Below, in pieces: positions 25,550 through 38,200 of a stretch of DNA of 57,646 bases; the first letter of the stretch is position 1, and each line of letters begins with the position of its first letter. Under the pieces are notes generated by a model. That model saw nothing but the letters and a program-made list of their open reading frames with translations, was not told the DNA's origin and made no database searches. The position numbers and the translations under genes are program-made. The DNA comes from Prorocentrum cordatum. Its lineage: Eukaryota. The DNA is taken from positions 62,001 through 119,646 of the forward strand of contig CAUYUJ010000007.1 of assembly GCA_963575745.1 (NCBI GenBank). The letters run 5' to 3'.

Positions 25550-26439
25550 AAAACCGAACCGCATGCAGTTGTGAGTACCGTCGTTGTGGGTATCTCCTTC
25601 GGTGGATCTCCTTATGGGACCACGTAGCGTGTGAAGGGGGTGTGCCGAAGTGAGGTGGGGACGCCATGCGGGTGCAGGCACTGGGGCCTCAGGTGGAGCT
25701 CCCTCTGGCGCCACATAACGTGGGAGAGGTGTGCCAAAATGAGACGGGGCCGCCGTCTGGGCGCTGCCACTGGTCCTTCGGTGGAGCTCCTTATGGGGCC
25801 ACGAAACGTGTGAGGGTGGTACCGAAACGGGCGTGACGCCCACATGCGAACGTCGTCACTGGGGCCTTCGGTGCCCCCCCCAAATGCGAGCGCCGCCACT
25901 TGGGACTTTGGTGGAGCTCCAAACGGAGCCACGAAACGTGTGAGGGGTGTGCCGAAGAGAGCGTGACCCCCAAATGCCAACGTCGCCACTGGGCCGTTCG
26001 GTGAAGATCCGTACGGGGCCACGAAACGTGTAAGCGGTGTGCTGAAACTTGCGTGACGCCCATATGCGAAAGTCTCTCCACTGGGGCCGTCGGTGGAGCT
26101 CTCTGTGCGGCCACGAAACGTGTGAGGGGTGTGCCGACACGGGCGTGACGCCCATATGTGAACGTCGCCACTGAGGCCTTAGGTGGAGCTCCCTATGGGG
26201 CCACGAAACGTGTGAGGAGTGTGACAGAACGGCTGATGGTGATGGCGATGACGATGGTGTTGACGATGATGAGGATAATGATCACGATGATGGTCGTCGT
26301 GATGATGATGCCGCTGATGACGATGAGAACGTGTGAGGGCAGAGGCAAGGATGGGAGAGAGGAGGGAGGGGGAGGAGTGAGGAGGAACGCGGGGCGCTGA
26401 CCCTTCAAAACGAGGACCCAAAACCACAGGATGGTTGGG
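25550..26439 (-). mobile_element. Adjacent Helentron-like element with the 90-bp array
   Basis: Intact terminus GGAACGCGGGGCGCTGACCCTTCAAAACGAGGACCCAAAACCACAGGATGGTTGGG|AA. Confidence 0.6.
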
Positions 26440-29252
26440 AACAAAAAGCCTGCTCGTCGGTTTCCAACAAAGAGTGTTCCAGCATCGAAAACTGATCCTG
26501 CAGCTGCGCCTCGCCGGGAGCGCTCTGGAGGTGCCCCGAGAGCCCTCTCAACGGCCGCCCGAGGCCCGAGTTACGACCCGACACCTCCTCGCCTCGTACA
26601 GAAGAACACGACAGCAGAAGGGTCTGGGCAGCGTTCGGTCGCCAGAGGCCCTCGGCCATGAGGATACGACTCTGAACGAAAAGCCAGTACCCAGGAAGGG
26701 TGCAGACCTTTGGGGGGCGCACTGCGAAATAAACACGGCGTCGCATGTCTGGATCCTCTGGATTCGACATCAATCGCCCCCCCCCCTGAATCCGCTGGGG
26801 CGGCTGGGCGTGTGCTGTCGGAACGGGTCGAGGGGGGGCTGGAGGAAGAGAAGGAAGACGAGGAGGGCGAGGAGAGGAAGGAGGGGGCGGGCATGGGCAA
26901 GCTCAGCTGGAAGGCGAATCGCCCCCCCTTGATAAGTACCCCCTCCAGAATAATGATGTTTCGATCAAAGCGCTGCCTCTGAGGGCCGCCCCCGTGCCCT
27001 GGGACCATCGAACAGCGCAGGGGCCGAGAGGTGAGGAGGGACACGTCTTGACAGGATCACGACATCGGAGGTCAGGCATCTTGGGAGCGGGGGGAGGTCG
27101 AGGAGGAGGAGACGACAAAGGGGGGCGATCAATGTTTGTTGCACCTTCTCTGCAATTTCTCCGTCACCGAAAGCCTCTGGAGACTCTCGGGGGACCTTTG
27201 AAGGCCTCTACTGACCTCTGCAGGCGCTTACGGGGGTCCAGAGACCTCTGGGGATCCCTCCGACCCTCCCAGCCTCCTCTCTCCCGCGCAGACCTGGAAA
27301 TCCGATGATCTAAAATTGTCATTGCGGGGCCGCCAGAAGTCCCGACGCTTTTCCCAAGGACTGGCTTTGCATCACGATTCGCTGTTGCTGGCTGCACCGG
27401 GGCCCCGTGAGGGACCCGGGAGGCCGAAAACGACCTCCGACCTCCAACCTGCGAGGATGTCAGGGCTGCCCCCGCCCTTCTCCGTCCACCAGAGCGATTG
27501 CCTCCAGTGCAAGCTTTCATCTCGAGCTGTGTTTTGACGGTCCTGGGTGCCCGAGAACGGCCCCCAGAAGACAAGAGCGGCGAACAAAACCTCCCTCGTC
27601 ATATGTTCATGACCTTGAGAATCTAGTTTCGGATTCATCCGCCACCGTGCCCCCTGGCACGTTGAAGCGTGTGGGCATGGCAAGGGCTGTCTTGTAGGAC
27701 TTCTGCATTGTTCTAAGGGGCGCCCCCCTCCTACCAGCAACCTGCTGCATGCACCGCCCCCCCGCCCGAGGCCACGAAAAAACAACTGGTCGACGCTCCC
27801 GAGCTTCCAAGACGGCGAAGAAGGCAACCAAGGCCGCCAAAATGGTCCAAGATGCCTCTCAAGCGGCCCAAGATGGGCTCCAACACGGGCCCCAGAGCGC
27901 CAAAGAGCGAGCCAGAAGCGCCCCAAGAGTGCCCCACGAGGTGAGTTTGCGGGCTTCGACGGGGAGGGCCTTGATCGATGGTCTTCAAAATGGCCGCAAG
28001 AGGCCTCCTAAGGCCCTCACGAGGGCCACAAGATAGCCCCAAAAGGGTACCAAGAGGCTCCCATGTCGAGCAGTCTGATGCATTACTCCTGGGTCTGATC
28101 AGGCTGATCCCGAGCTTCGGTTTGACTGCTGCCCCCCTCTTCAATCCACTGCTTGCTCCTACACATCCCTGGTAAAAACAACTCTCCTGGGCATCGCTTT
28201 TGGATGGGCTGTTGAGGAGACGCGGAGCGTCAAGAAAATGTCCTAGGCCGTAGGGGAGTCCAGCCGCGGCGACGAAGAATCCAGTCAGAGCAGACCGTCG
28301 ATCATCCGCCCTCAATCCTCGAACGCTGGAGGAGCAACATGGACCACCGCTGCCGAGAACTCATCGGTAGGGGGCCGCCGCCTGGGCGGTGGCACGCCCG
28401 AGCGTCACCCGCAACAGGACGACGCTCGGGCGTACTACCACCCAGGAGTCGGCCCCCTGCCGATGGGCTCTCCATGGCCGTGGTCCAGGGTTCTCCTCCG
28501 TGAGTGTTTTCCTATTCGGCGTTTAGACATTGGGCGGAAAGGGGGGGAGGGGTCTAGCTCCGGACCTCTGCTTAGCGCAACTGCTTGCAACAGTGCGTGC
28601 TATGGGGGGGGGACTCCACCTGCTCGAAGCAGGCGCCAAAAACAGCCAAGCTCTACTCCATGGGGAGGGGGGGAGGGGGGGTGCGAGGGCCCGCGCCAAT
28701 CGGCAAAACAATGAATGAAAAACGCTACGAAAAAGCAGTGGCCCCCGCCCCTCGTCTCCCGCTCGAGCGCACACGTTGCCGCGGCCTCAGGTGCAGCGTG
28801 CTCGAAGCTGCCTGTCTCCGCCTGCTTGCAGGCGGCTCCTGACGCCTGCCACTCTCCCCCTCTCCCCGTATCCCCCGCCCCTCGCGCCCCACCACGAGCG
28901 ACCCGGTTGATCCCCTGTGGGCGGATCCCTGCTCTACACGCCGCGTGATCTGGCCCAGCCGCGCACGCTCTCCCGCTCGACTGCCTACGGCAGGTTCGCG
29001 TCGCGCCGACTTCGGCGCTGCTTCCTGACACCACGGGGATCGTCCAAACTTGAATGATTGGCCGCTTCCAAAACGTCGGATCGCTCGGCCAATTCTGAGT
29101 CGACTGTTGAACGTCGGCGGCGGGGTCGCCGCCGGTCGACGCGACGCGAACCGACCGTACGCCGCGACGCCGCGTGCGTGGCCGCAACACCAAAAAGAGC
29201 GTGCGCCCAGCGGCCTGCCTACGACAGCAGTAACCCTTCGCGGCGCGCAAAA

Positions 29253-29389
29253 GGGGTACGGTGAGGGGGGAAGGCTTCTTACGAGGAGGTTGCTTCTTAG
29301 AAAGCGCCGGCCTTACATCTACAGAGAAGGCCCGCGCCTTCTAAGAAGCAGGGGTGCTTCTAAGAAGCCCTCCCCCCTCCCCCTACCCC
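29253..29389. mobile_element. MITE family 3 (palindromic, ~135 bp), copy 1
   Basis: GGGGTA...GAGGGGGGAAGGCTTCTTA ... TAAGAAGCCCTCCCCCCTC...TACCCC; homologous to 33209-33342. Confidence 0.65.
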
Positions 29390-29391
29390 TA

Positions 29392-29550
29392 GGTCGGGCG
29401 TTTCCTCCTACAGGCGGATTTTGGATGAAAAATCTAAAAAAGGCAAAAGAAGAAATTCAAACATGTCAAAAAATGCTCCTGAAATCGTCCCCAGCCTACT
29501 TTTTGACTACTCTTGAACATTCCTCCTGTGGAGGGAGGACACGCCCGACT
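29392..29550. mobile_element. MITE family 1, copy C
   Basis: TA|GGTCGGGCGTTTCCTCCTACAG ... CTGTGGAGGGAGGACACGCCCGACT. Confidence 0.75.
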
Positions 29551-29835
29551 TGACCCCACCCCCCTCTACGCGCGGCCGAAGCCCGCGCAAAGGCTGGCCA
29601 GACGCGGGCCCGCCGTGCGGTTCACGTCTGGCTTCACGGACACGAGGCCCGCGCCCTCTGGCGACCTCGCGAGCCGGGGGGGGCCCGGCAGGGTCGGCCA
29701 GCAGCGCAGCGGGAGATCGGGTCGAGTCGGACTATCAATCGCGCGGGACCCAAGACGATAAGCCATCACCACCTCCACTCCCTCCCCCTCCTCCGCACTC
29801 CTCTTCCCCTCGTCTCTCCTGGGAGAGGGAGGGAC

Positions 29836-30180
29836 ATATATATATATACACACACATACATACATACATACATACATACATACATACATACATACATACA
29901 TACATACATACATACATACATGCATGCATGCATGCATGCATGCATGCATGCATGCATGCATGCATGCATGCATGCATGCATGCATGCATACATACATGCA
30001 TACATACATACATACATACATACATGCACATACATACATACATACATACATACATACATACATACATACATACATACATACATGCATGCATGCATGCATG
30101 CATGCATGCATGCATGCATGCATGCATGCATACATACATACATACATACATACATACATACATACATACATACACGCATG
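29836..30180. repeat. Compound (TACA)n/(TGCA)n microsatellite with two alternating blocks
   Basis: Direct reading. Confidence 0.95.
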
Positions 30181-30204
30181 TGTAAATATAGTTCGATATA
30201 TGTA

Positions 30205-30250
30205 CATATACTAAAACCACGCGCGCGCTTCGCGCGCGCTTAGGTTCTAG
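30205..30250 (+). mobile_element. Helitron-like 3' terminus
   Basis: Perfect 8-bp GC hairpin CGCGCGCG-CTT-CGCGCGCG followed 12 nt later by a CTAG end; the same terminus occurs at 53330-53361. Confidence 0.55.
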
Positions 30251-33208
30251 CCGCGCTCAGGGAACTCGCATCGCAAGTTGCCAATGAGAAAGGTAGGGGC
30301 GATTCTGGAGATCGTTCGGGGTGGTAGAGGGACCTGCGGCAATTAACTCTTGGGATCCTGGCGACATGTCTGGGAGTCCTGGGGCTTATTCGACGTTTCT
30401 TGCGCTTCCTTGGATTCACCCAGAGACCAGAGGAGGAGGAGGAACTTAGCAACGAAGACCTGTTCCCGAGTCTGGCTCCGAAGTACATGCCACCAAAGCC
30501 ACACCACGGAGTTTCGAAATCCTCCGCCTCTCTTCCTGGCCACGCATCTGGGGCCAAGCCAAGGCGCAACGAAGTCAAGAAAACCCAGCTGGGTCGCCCC
30601 GGCAAGGCCTCGAATTCGACGATGACGCCTTCCCGGGGCGCATTCTTGAAGAGCTTCCGTGCCCTCCAGCCGTTCATGGGTCGTCTCGAAGCCTCTTGGA
30701 CGTCTGCTGGAAATGCGGTATTGGGGGCCTTTGGCGTCCGGTTTTGGAGCCGTCTTGGGAGCAGCCTGGGCCAAGGCCACCGATGGCACCCTGACGGGCA
30801 GGGCCCTGGAGGGCCCCAAATGGCACTAAGAGGGCCCAAAGAAGGACCCAAGGAAGTCACCAGAAGGTCCAGTAGGAATCCCAAAGAGGGGCTTCAGAGG
30901 TAGCTTATTGATAGCGGCTCAACATACGAACTTGCAGGGCACGCTCGGGGCCCACCCCAAAGAGGCGAGCCCTGGACAGCCGCCTGGCACTGGGCAGCCC
31001 CTGGCGACCCCAAGAGGGCCCCACGAGGACCCCAAGAGAGCCCCCAGAAAGCCCCTGGAGGGCCTCATGGAGGTCCAGGATGGTAACAACATTTCAAGGG
31101 GAGCTCCAAAAACTACCCTCCGAAGATGTCTTGATACACTATCGGGAGCATCACAAGAATCGAAAGCGAGCCTGCCGACATGCGAACAAGTCGGAAGCCC
31201 CATCGCCGAACAAACTGGCCAACCAACTACGAATCAGCCAGCCAACCAGCCAGCCAGCCAGGAAAGAGAAGGGGACAAAAGAAAAGGGCGAACTCGCGTC
31301 ATATCATTATATACCAAGCTATACATGTGTTGGGCGAGTTGCAACGGAGAGTTAAACCTTGGCCTCTGTATGAAGGCCTCCCCTGGTCGCTCCTCGAACT
31401 GTCAGCTGAACTCCATACAATGTGTGTTAGTTGTGTTTGGGAGGCGTGTAGCTTACGAGTTACAGTTTTCCCTGTCCCCTTCCCCCGTTCCAGCAAGCTG
31501 GCATGTGCAGTAGCAGACAGCAGATAGAGCAGGTATATGTTTGGACGCTGTTCTGGCTCGATACAGTTCGAAAGGCCTCTCGCACTCGGCGAGGAGAAGT
31601 TGGCAGAGAGAACGGACTTCCATCGCAGTGGGACGGAGACTTCGAGAGCTTCGACCAATTGATGACACTCCTCCTCATCCTCCTTCTCGCTGCAAGCGCA
31701 GGAAATATGATCCACACTTCTTCCCGATCCCGTATACGGGGGGATATCACGGACCCCCTGCGCACCACTCTTGGTCGGAACCCGCATTCGCACCACCTTT
31801 GTCCCTTGCCCTTCCGCGCTGGGCACTTCCCAAAACAATGCCTGCACTGTGGGACTCTTACTGGACTCCTCGGGAAAGTGCTTGGGCCCCGCGAGGCTTT
31901 CCCCGTCGCCGCCCCGTGGCCGCCCCGCTGCCGCCCCGGTGTCGCCTCCTGCGTTCAAAGGGTCCAGCGAGGCCTCTCCACGTTGCCGCCTCGTTGCCGC
32001 CTCGCGCGCCGGGTGGGACCGGCGAGGTTTCGCCACGTTGCCGCCCGTGGCCGCCTCGTGCGCCGCCTCGTTGACGCCTCGTGCGCTTGGTGGGTCTTGC
32101 GAGGTGTCGCCGCGTTGCCGCCCGTGGCCGCCTCGTTGCCGCCTCGCTGCCGCCGGGTGGGACTCGGACCGGCGAGGTTTCGCCACGTTGCCTCGGCAGG
32201 GGCGGCGCCTCTGGCGCCGCCAGCGAGACCCAACGCCATTCCGAGAAATCCGCGCAGAACTCCCATCAAATGTGTGTATGCTGCTTTTTCCTTCGTCGCT
32301 TCGTTCCGAACAGAGCGAACTCGGTTCCTCATCCCCCTCCTAATCACCCTGATCGTGCTCCCACGACGCAAAATATCCGACGTCGTGTCGGGTCTCCAGC
32401 GGCCGCTGGGGACGATATGGGCATCCCCAGGCGAGGCGCAGCTGCAGGAGAGCACCCCGAGACTGGAAAACCTGCGGGAGCCTGAGAAAACTACCAAAAA
32501 CCTCTCGTCGTGCCTGTCTTCACGACGCGAGGAAGTCAGGGCCACCCTCCTCGCGCCCTTCCGAAGCCCACCAGCGCCCCTGGGAGGAGACAGGGCCGAG
32601 TCCAGGGCCACGGCGGCCGCGCGCGGGCGCGGGCCGGGGGCCCTTCGAAGAGGTGCCGGAGCTCCTCCTCGGACACCCCGTCTGGCAGATCGTGGAGGAT
32701 CAGCGTGTTCCTTCTCGGGGAGGCGGGAATCACAGGCGGCGGGCACATCCGTATCCGCAGCCTCGTGTTCTGGATTCCGGGTCTGCGATCCCGCGGATAC
32801 GCGGTCGCACGGGTACGTTCTGCGCGGAGCGCCCGCGAAGAAAAAACGCTCCGTGTCCGCGGGGCCGCGGCCCAGGGGCCCGTCCTGCGAGGCCGTGGAT
32901 ACCAGTATCATGTGCTTGGCCCACGAGGGAAGGAGTCTGGGAGCGTCGGGTAGCCGCCGGTCGGCTGCACGCCAGAATCACCCGGGGCAAGCGTGGCCGA
33001 GCGGTGCGTGCGATGAGACAGCAGTGACCTGCGTGCTTTTGGGCTTGGCCCCCCGAAAGCCCCCCGAGAGCCGCGCAGGCAAGAGGACAGCTCCCGCGCA
33101 GTGCCAGTCTTGCGCGTCGCCGAGGCCTCACAGATCCTGGCCGTGCCATCTCCTGGGCCCCGGGTCGGTGCACACACGCCCTCCTAGCCTGTTGGCGGCG
33201 CGCATCAT

Positions 33209-33342
33209 GGGGTGGAGGGAGGGGGGAAGGCTTCTTAGGAGGCTGCTTCTCAGAAGGCGCCGGCCCTACATCTATAGTTAAGGGCCGCGCCGTCTAAGAA
33301 GCGGGGCGCTTCTCAATAGCCCTCCCCCCCTCCCCCCCCCCC
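33209..33342. mobile_element. MITE family 3, copy 2
   Basis: GAGGGGGGAAGGCTTCTTAGGAGG.TGCTTCT.AGAAGGCGCCGGCC.TACATCTA.AG...CTAAGAAGC...CCCTCCCCCCC matches copy 1. Confidence 0.65.
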
Positions 33343-34749
33343 AAGCTTGGCTGAGCTTGGCATAGGGGGGCATAGACACCGATCTTCGGCACAGAATAGG
33401 CCCAGCCAGAATCCGTGAGGTGGTCAGTCGACTTTCATCGGGAGGAGTGGGCGAGAGCGACGGGTCCAATGCCTCGGGCAGGCTCACGAGCTGCACTGGC
33501 GTCCTGTATCGGCAACTAATGTAATCCCGGCGCAGCGACGCTGTACGGAGGGGAGGCATTGGATGGGGGGTTGCTAGAGGTGCCTCAGGGCCCAAGTTGA
33601 CGCCAGCGTTTCGCTCGCTTCTGAGGCCCCTGGGGGCCCTCCTCTGGGCCCCATGGGTGAGGGGCAACGATAGGGGGGGGCTGGCACAGAGGGGGAAGCA
33701 TCGACCTGGAATCGTCGATACATCGCCGATAGATCGGCGATAGGCCCCCGAAAATGAATCCGCACCTTCCTGGACAGGTTGGGGCTAGCGGGTCCCTATC
33801 GGCGATCAATGGGCGATTGGGGGTCGTTGCATCCCCCCTATGCCTATCCCCTCCTATCTTTGCCCCCGGATGAGGGGTTCTCTGGTTGGAAATCCTGGGG
33901 CCACCTTGAGCCAGGGGCACTTCTAGCAACACCCGGCGGCGACCCGTTGGACAACGGAACCCATGGGCGGGACCTTGCGGGCAAGCAGAATCCCAGCGCG
34001 AAGAGGCAGCCTTAGGCCGAGATCCTATGACTGGGAGACCCGTGGGAAGCCCAAACAACCCATGTCACGCAGGCAGATCGTAGGCGCTCCTTAGGGAATT
34101 GGACTCAGAACCGGCACGGGTTTCTCCCACCCACGTGGGCTTTTGTTCCGTTCTAACTTCTTGCACATACCTTTCCATGCACATGATCAGTAGTCAATTT
34201 GGTTCAGAAAAGTCCAGCAAGAAACGTCAGCCCGATACTGACATAATGGTTGGATCAGAGTGCTTTCATCCTCTGGCTTCACTGTCTAAACTTACTCGGG
34301 GAGAGGGAGAGCCATCCTCCTCGGCTTGAGGTTCGGGCGGACCAGCAATTTGTCCGCGTCGAGGATCACTTTGCCACACCTCACTGGGGAAGCTCGTCTG
34401 CGTTTGCTCGTCGAAGTCACCGTCGCCTCGTCAGTGTCGTGAGCATCGCTAAGCGTCGCTGTCATCGCTTCAGGAACGCATGTGTACGATGATGCACACG
34501 TATGAAAGGGGAGGAAAGAGGAGAGAGGGAGGGGGAAGGGAGGAAAAGAGAGAAGGACACAGGAAGGAAGAAGGAAACACGGAGGAGATGACAGGAGGGA
34601 CGTGGAGGTGGAACGGGGAAAAGAAGTACGTCACAGACATCGGACGTCGTGATGTTGTCGCGACGTGGCCCCCTGGAGGTCTGGACCCCTTCCAGGGGAC
34701 TGGTTTCTCATCCCGAGCCGTTTCTCAACCGTCCAAGAAGGGACCCAGG

Positions 34750-34932
34750 TGTCAGTGCAGTTGTTTTCAGCAAAGACCGCGCGGCAGTCCAACTGCGGGT
34801 GCGTCCCACGGCCCTAGGACTAGGGCCAAAACAGCGGCGGGCAGCGTGCATGCCACAAAACAAGACAAGCGCGTACAACATACACACATGGTGGCACGGG
34901 CGGCAGAGGGGCAGGGGAGTGCACTCTTCACA
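34750..34932 (-). repeat. 3' LTR of the copia element
   Basis: + strand TGTCAGTGCAG...CACTCTTCACA; direct repeat of 44344-44526; internal palindrome GGCCCTAG-GA-CTAGGGCC. Confidence 0.97.
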
Positions 34933-35021
34933 CTGGGTGAGTACAATGCTGCCCCGATGCCGCTCCCTCTGAAAGGGCAACGCTGCCCGCAATTATAATG
35001 TATATCAGCCCACGGGCCGAA

Positions 35022-35213
35022 ACACCTCAAGCAGATGCGGCCTGAGGCTCGAAATATAAATATGAATGTCTAGATTCACCAATCCAGACTGTCAACTCAA
35101 AAGATATGCATGAGACACCTCAAGCAAGGTGCGGCCTGAGGCTCAAAATATAAATACAAGAATATGAATATCTGGATACACTACTCCAGACGATCAACTC
35201 AAAGGATATGCAT
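35022..35213. repeat. Tandem duplication (~93-99 bp units) in the copia 3' UTR
   Basis: ACACCTCAAGCA...TGCGGCCTGAGGCTC.AAATATAAATA...TCCAGAC..TCAACTCAAA.GATATGCAT starts at 35022 and again at 35115. Confidence 0.9.
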
Positions 35214-35261
35214 ACATCACCGTAGCCCTCACTAGGTCCATCAGCAGCTGCAATCAGGACC

Positions 35262-38200
35262 TCACGGGCTCGCAGGCCCTGGAACGGCGACCCGACGCTG
35301 GGCCTTCCGCTCCTTGGCTCGCTCACGCTGTCCGCGGCGCAGCCGCAGACGGTGTGCCTCCTCATCCTCTTGCTCAGCAGTAGGCACCATGCTGAACAGG
35401 CCGTGGCGGAGGAACTGCGATAGTACCTCGTTAGGCTGCACGGCTTTTGTCAACACATCCGCTAGCATGTGGCTATTAGGCAGCCACTTGAACTTGATGG
35501 CCTCCTGCTCTATCAAATCCTTGGCCACCAGCAAGTCAATGAGGGTCTGCCGAGACACCGGCATCGACCCGATCTTGGACGTGTGATCGTAGAGCGACTT
35601 CGCATCCGTCACGAGCGCCCCTGGAACCTTCAGCGCCAGCCTCCAGTCCCCTTGCAAGGGCGGCTCCCCGTACAAGATTGCCTCAATCAGCAGCCTGAGG
35701 TAAAGCTGCCGATCCAAAGCCACGGACATAGCCGCAGATTCTGCGGCCATCGTAGATCCAACAACTCGTGTAATAGTACTGCTCTGAAACTCCACTAGAC
35801 AGCATACGGTTAGCTCCTTCAAAACTCGGGTGTCCGCAATCATACTCATGAACCCCATCTGGCTCTTACAGCCGGGTTCCTTCGCAAACGAAGCGTCCAT
35901 AAGCGTGAGCACCTGCAAGCGCTCGATGTCCACACGGCGGATCCGGAGAGTCGCAAGACCTCTCTTGTCGTAGTCCTGAAGCCGGTCGATGATGTCATTG
36001 AGCACTCGCAGGCGCAGCAACCTCCGACCTTTCGGATCCTTCTGTGCGAGCGCCGAGACACTATACGCGAGTTGTGGCACCACGCGTGCGACAGGCCACC
36101 GCACCTTCTGGAGCAAGCTCCGGTAGTCGTGGTGCTCCTCGGGAGTCATCCCCCGCTCCTCGTTGTCACCCCTTGCAAGGGGGTGCTTCGTCAGCTTGCC
36201 GACGTACTCGTGCATGCTGATCTCGATGTGATCAGGGTGGCGCCACCACTCCTCACCGAGATAGGCGATTGCCTCCTTGTCGTTGCCCTTCTTCCAGTGC
36301 TTGATGTTGAAACGACTGTTGATGTTCGCCTTCACCTCCTGGTACTGGGGTTCGTGTGGGTCTCCAAACAGCATGCCGTCATCGACGTGCAAGGTCAACA
36401 TAGCGATCAACTTGTCTTTCATTCGATAAACGAAGACAGCTCGAGCACAGCGCAGCTCCACGAAACCGACCTCGTCCGTCAACACCTGGCGGGCTCGGAG
36501 ATACCACAACCGAGGCGCCTCAGTCAGACCGTACGCCCCTTTCAGCAAGCGCAGCAACGCACAAGGCCGCACGGCTGGCCATCCAGCACCGTCGACGGCT
36601 GGAAGCCCGTCCTTAGGAGCCCTCACATACAGCTCCCGTTCCAGCTTCAGCCCGGACAGGAACGCAGTCGCTACGTCGAAACATTCGAATGTCCAATCCA
36701 TCGCCATTGTGATAGACGCACACACCAGCACAGCCAAAGGGGAAGTAGTAGGCGAATCCGTCCTGAATAGACCAAGCTGCGGATCGAGATGGCCAGGGAT
36801 GATCAAGCGAGACTTCGCCTCCAGCTCCGGCCCTCGTCCCCGGTTCGTGCGAACCGAACGCATGGGCACCGAGATGATCTTGTCCTTCGGGATGCTCTTC
36901 TCCTCCTCCTCGGTGACCAGCTCGACCGTGTTGTTGGCGATCCATTGCCGCCACTCGGCGGCATCGGCCTCGTCGAACTTAGCCTTCTCGTGCTGGTTGA
37001 AGTGACGTGGGTCTAGCTCCTTCGCGTTCTGCTTCATCACGAGTGCGAACACGTCGTGCTCGTACCTGGCCTCCTGCAGCCATGCGTCATACACAGATGA
37101 CACGTTGATCCATTCTTCGTAAGTCATCGGCTGTCGTACAAGCCCCTCCGGAGTGTCCAAATAGTACACCCCTTGTGCATGAGCGTCCGGCTTGTCGTGG
37201 TAGAAAAGCGTGAGACCAACCCAGCTGTCCTCCGTGCGCTCGTTGGTACGGTTCGCGCCGTCGTCCTTGTAGGCACACTGGCCCGTAGCGGAGAGCATCA
37301 CCGAGAGGCGATTGCACTCCCGGTGGCGGTCGTGATCATAGAGTCTCCGCCGTGGCTCTCGGTGTACACGTACTCCTCGTACGACCTTCTGAACGAGCGT
37401 GGAGACACCATCCAAGGCATTCTGGTCGAACCACTCCTGAGGCCCCGAGTGCACAACGGCGTTCATGGCCACTTCGCGGAGGGCCGGCAAACCACTCGTA
37501 GGAGCAGCCTGCAGACGCGTCTTCTTGATGCAAATCGGCACGTCATCTACCAGGAACTTCCGTTTTCGCTCAAGCTCGAAATCGTCTCTGGGAATCGGCG
37601 GCACCGAAGGGCCGCCAGAGCCCGATGCTCCCGGAGAGGCCTTCGGGTACACCTCAGAGGATATCCGCCCTGGAGGGGAACGAGAACGTTCCCTCTTCGG
37701 AGGGGGAAGCTGCGGCAGCTGCTGCTGCTCAGGCGGCTCCTCCTCCTTGGCCTGTGCCTCAATGGCGTCCAGGGCCCTCAGGTCCACACGAGGCTGCCTG
37801 GACCCCTCGAGCTCCCCATGTCGGTCACGCTCCTTCTTCAAGAACGTCTTCTTCACCTTCTGAACCTTCACCTTGGGCGTGACGTCCACGATGTCGTGGT
37901 GAGCGCGGTCATCTCGCTGCTGCGTCAGTCGCACGTCCGTCTGGATGGACTCCGCAGCTGCGGCCTCCTGGGAGGAGGCGTGCCGGAGCTGCTCACGAGC
38001 AACAAGTAGCACGTGACCACGCCAGGATACGTAGTAACGGCTGTTGGACTCCTTCGCGATCACAGTCGCAGGACCCCGCCATCTTTCAGGATCTTGCCGA
38101 CGACGTCCCTTGAACGGATTCGGTGCCCAGAAATACACCCTCGATCCTGGGCACAGATCACCGACGACCGTCGGCGCCTGTCGTAGCAACGCCCTCCGCA

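Noticed and set aside
24239..26400. ORFs with GAPYGATKRVRGVPKW / WGLRWSSLWGHET repeats (also 4.3-5.2 kb, 13.4-14.2 kb, 45.3-46.5 kb)
   Set aside because: Products of the 90-bp non-coding tandem repeat; open in several frames on both strands with no frame preference.
29550..30243. Cys/His-rich MHAC/YIHT ORFs resembling metal-binding proteins
   Set aside because: Translations of the (TACA)n/(TGCA)n microsatellite.
31503..33281. 592-aa plus-strand ORF
   Set aside because: It runs through tandem GCCACGTTGCCGCC repeats, a dispersed repeat and a MITE; Arg/Pro/Ala/Ser-rich with no domain motifs, so likely a chance GC-rich ORF.
34743..34938. ACCCAG / CTGGGT inverted 6-mers flanking the 3' LTR
   Set aside because: One copy is target DNA overlapping the TSD and the other is element-internal; a 6-bp match is plausibly chance.
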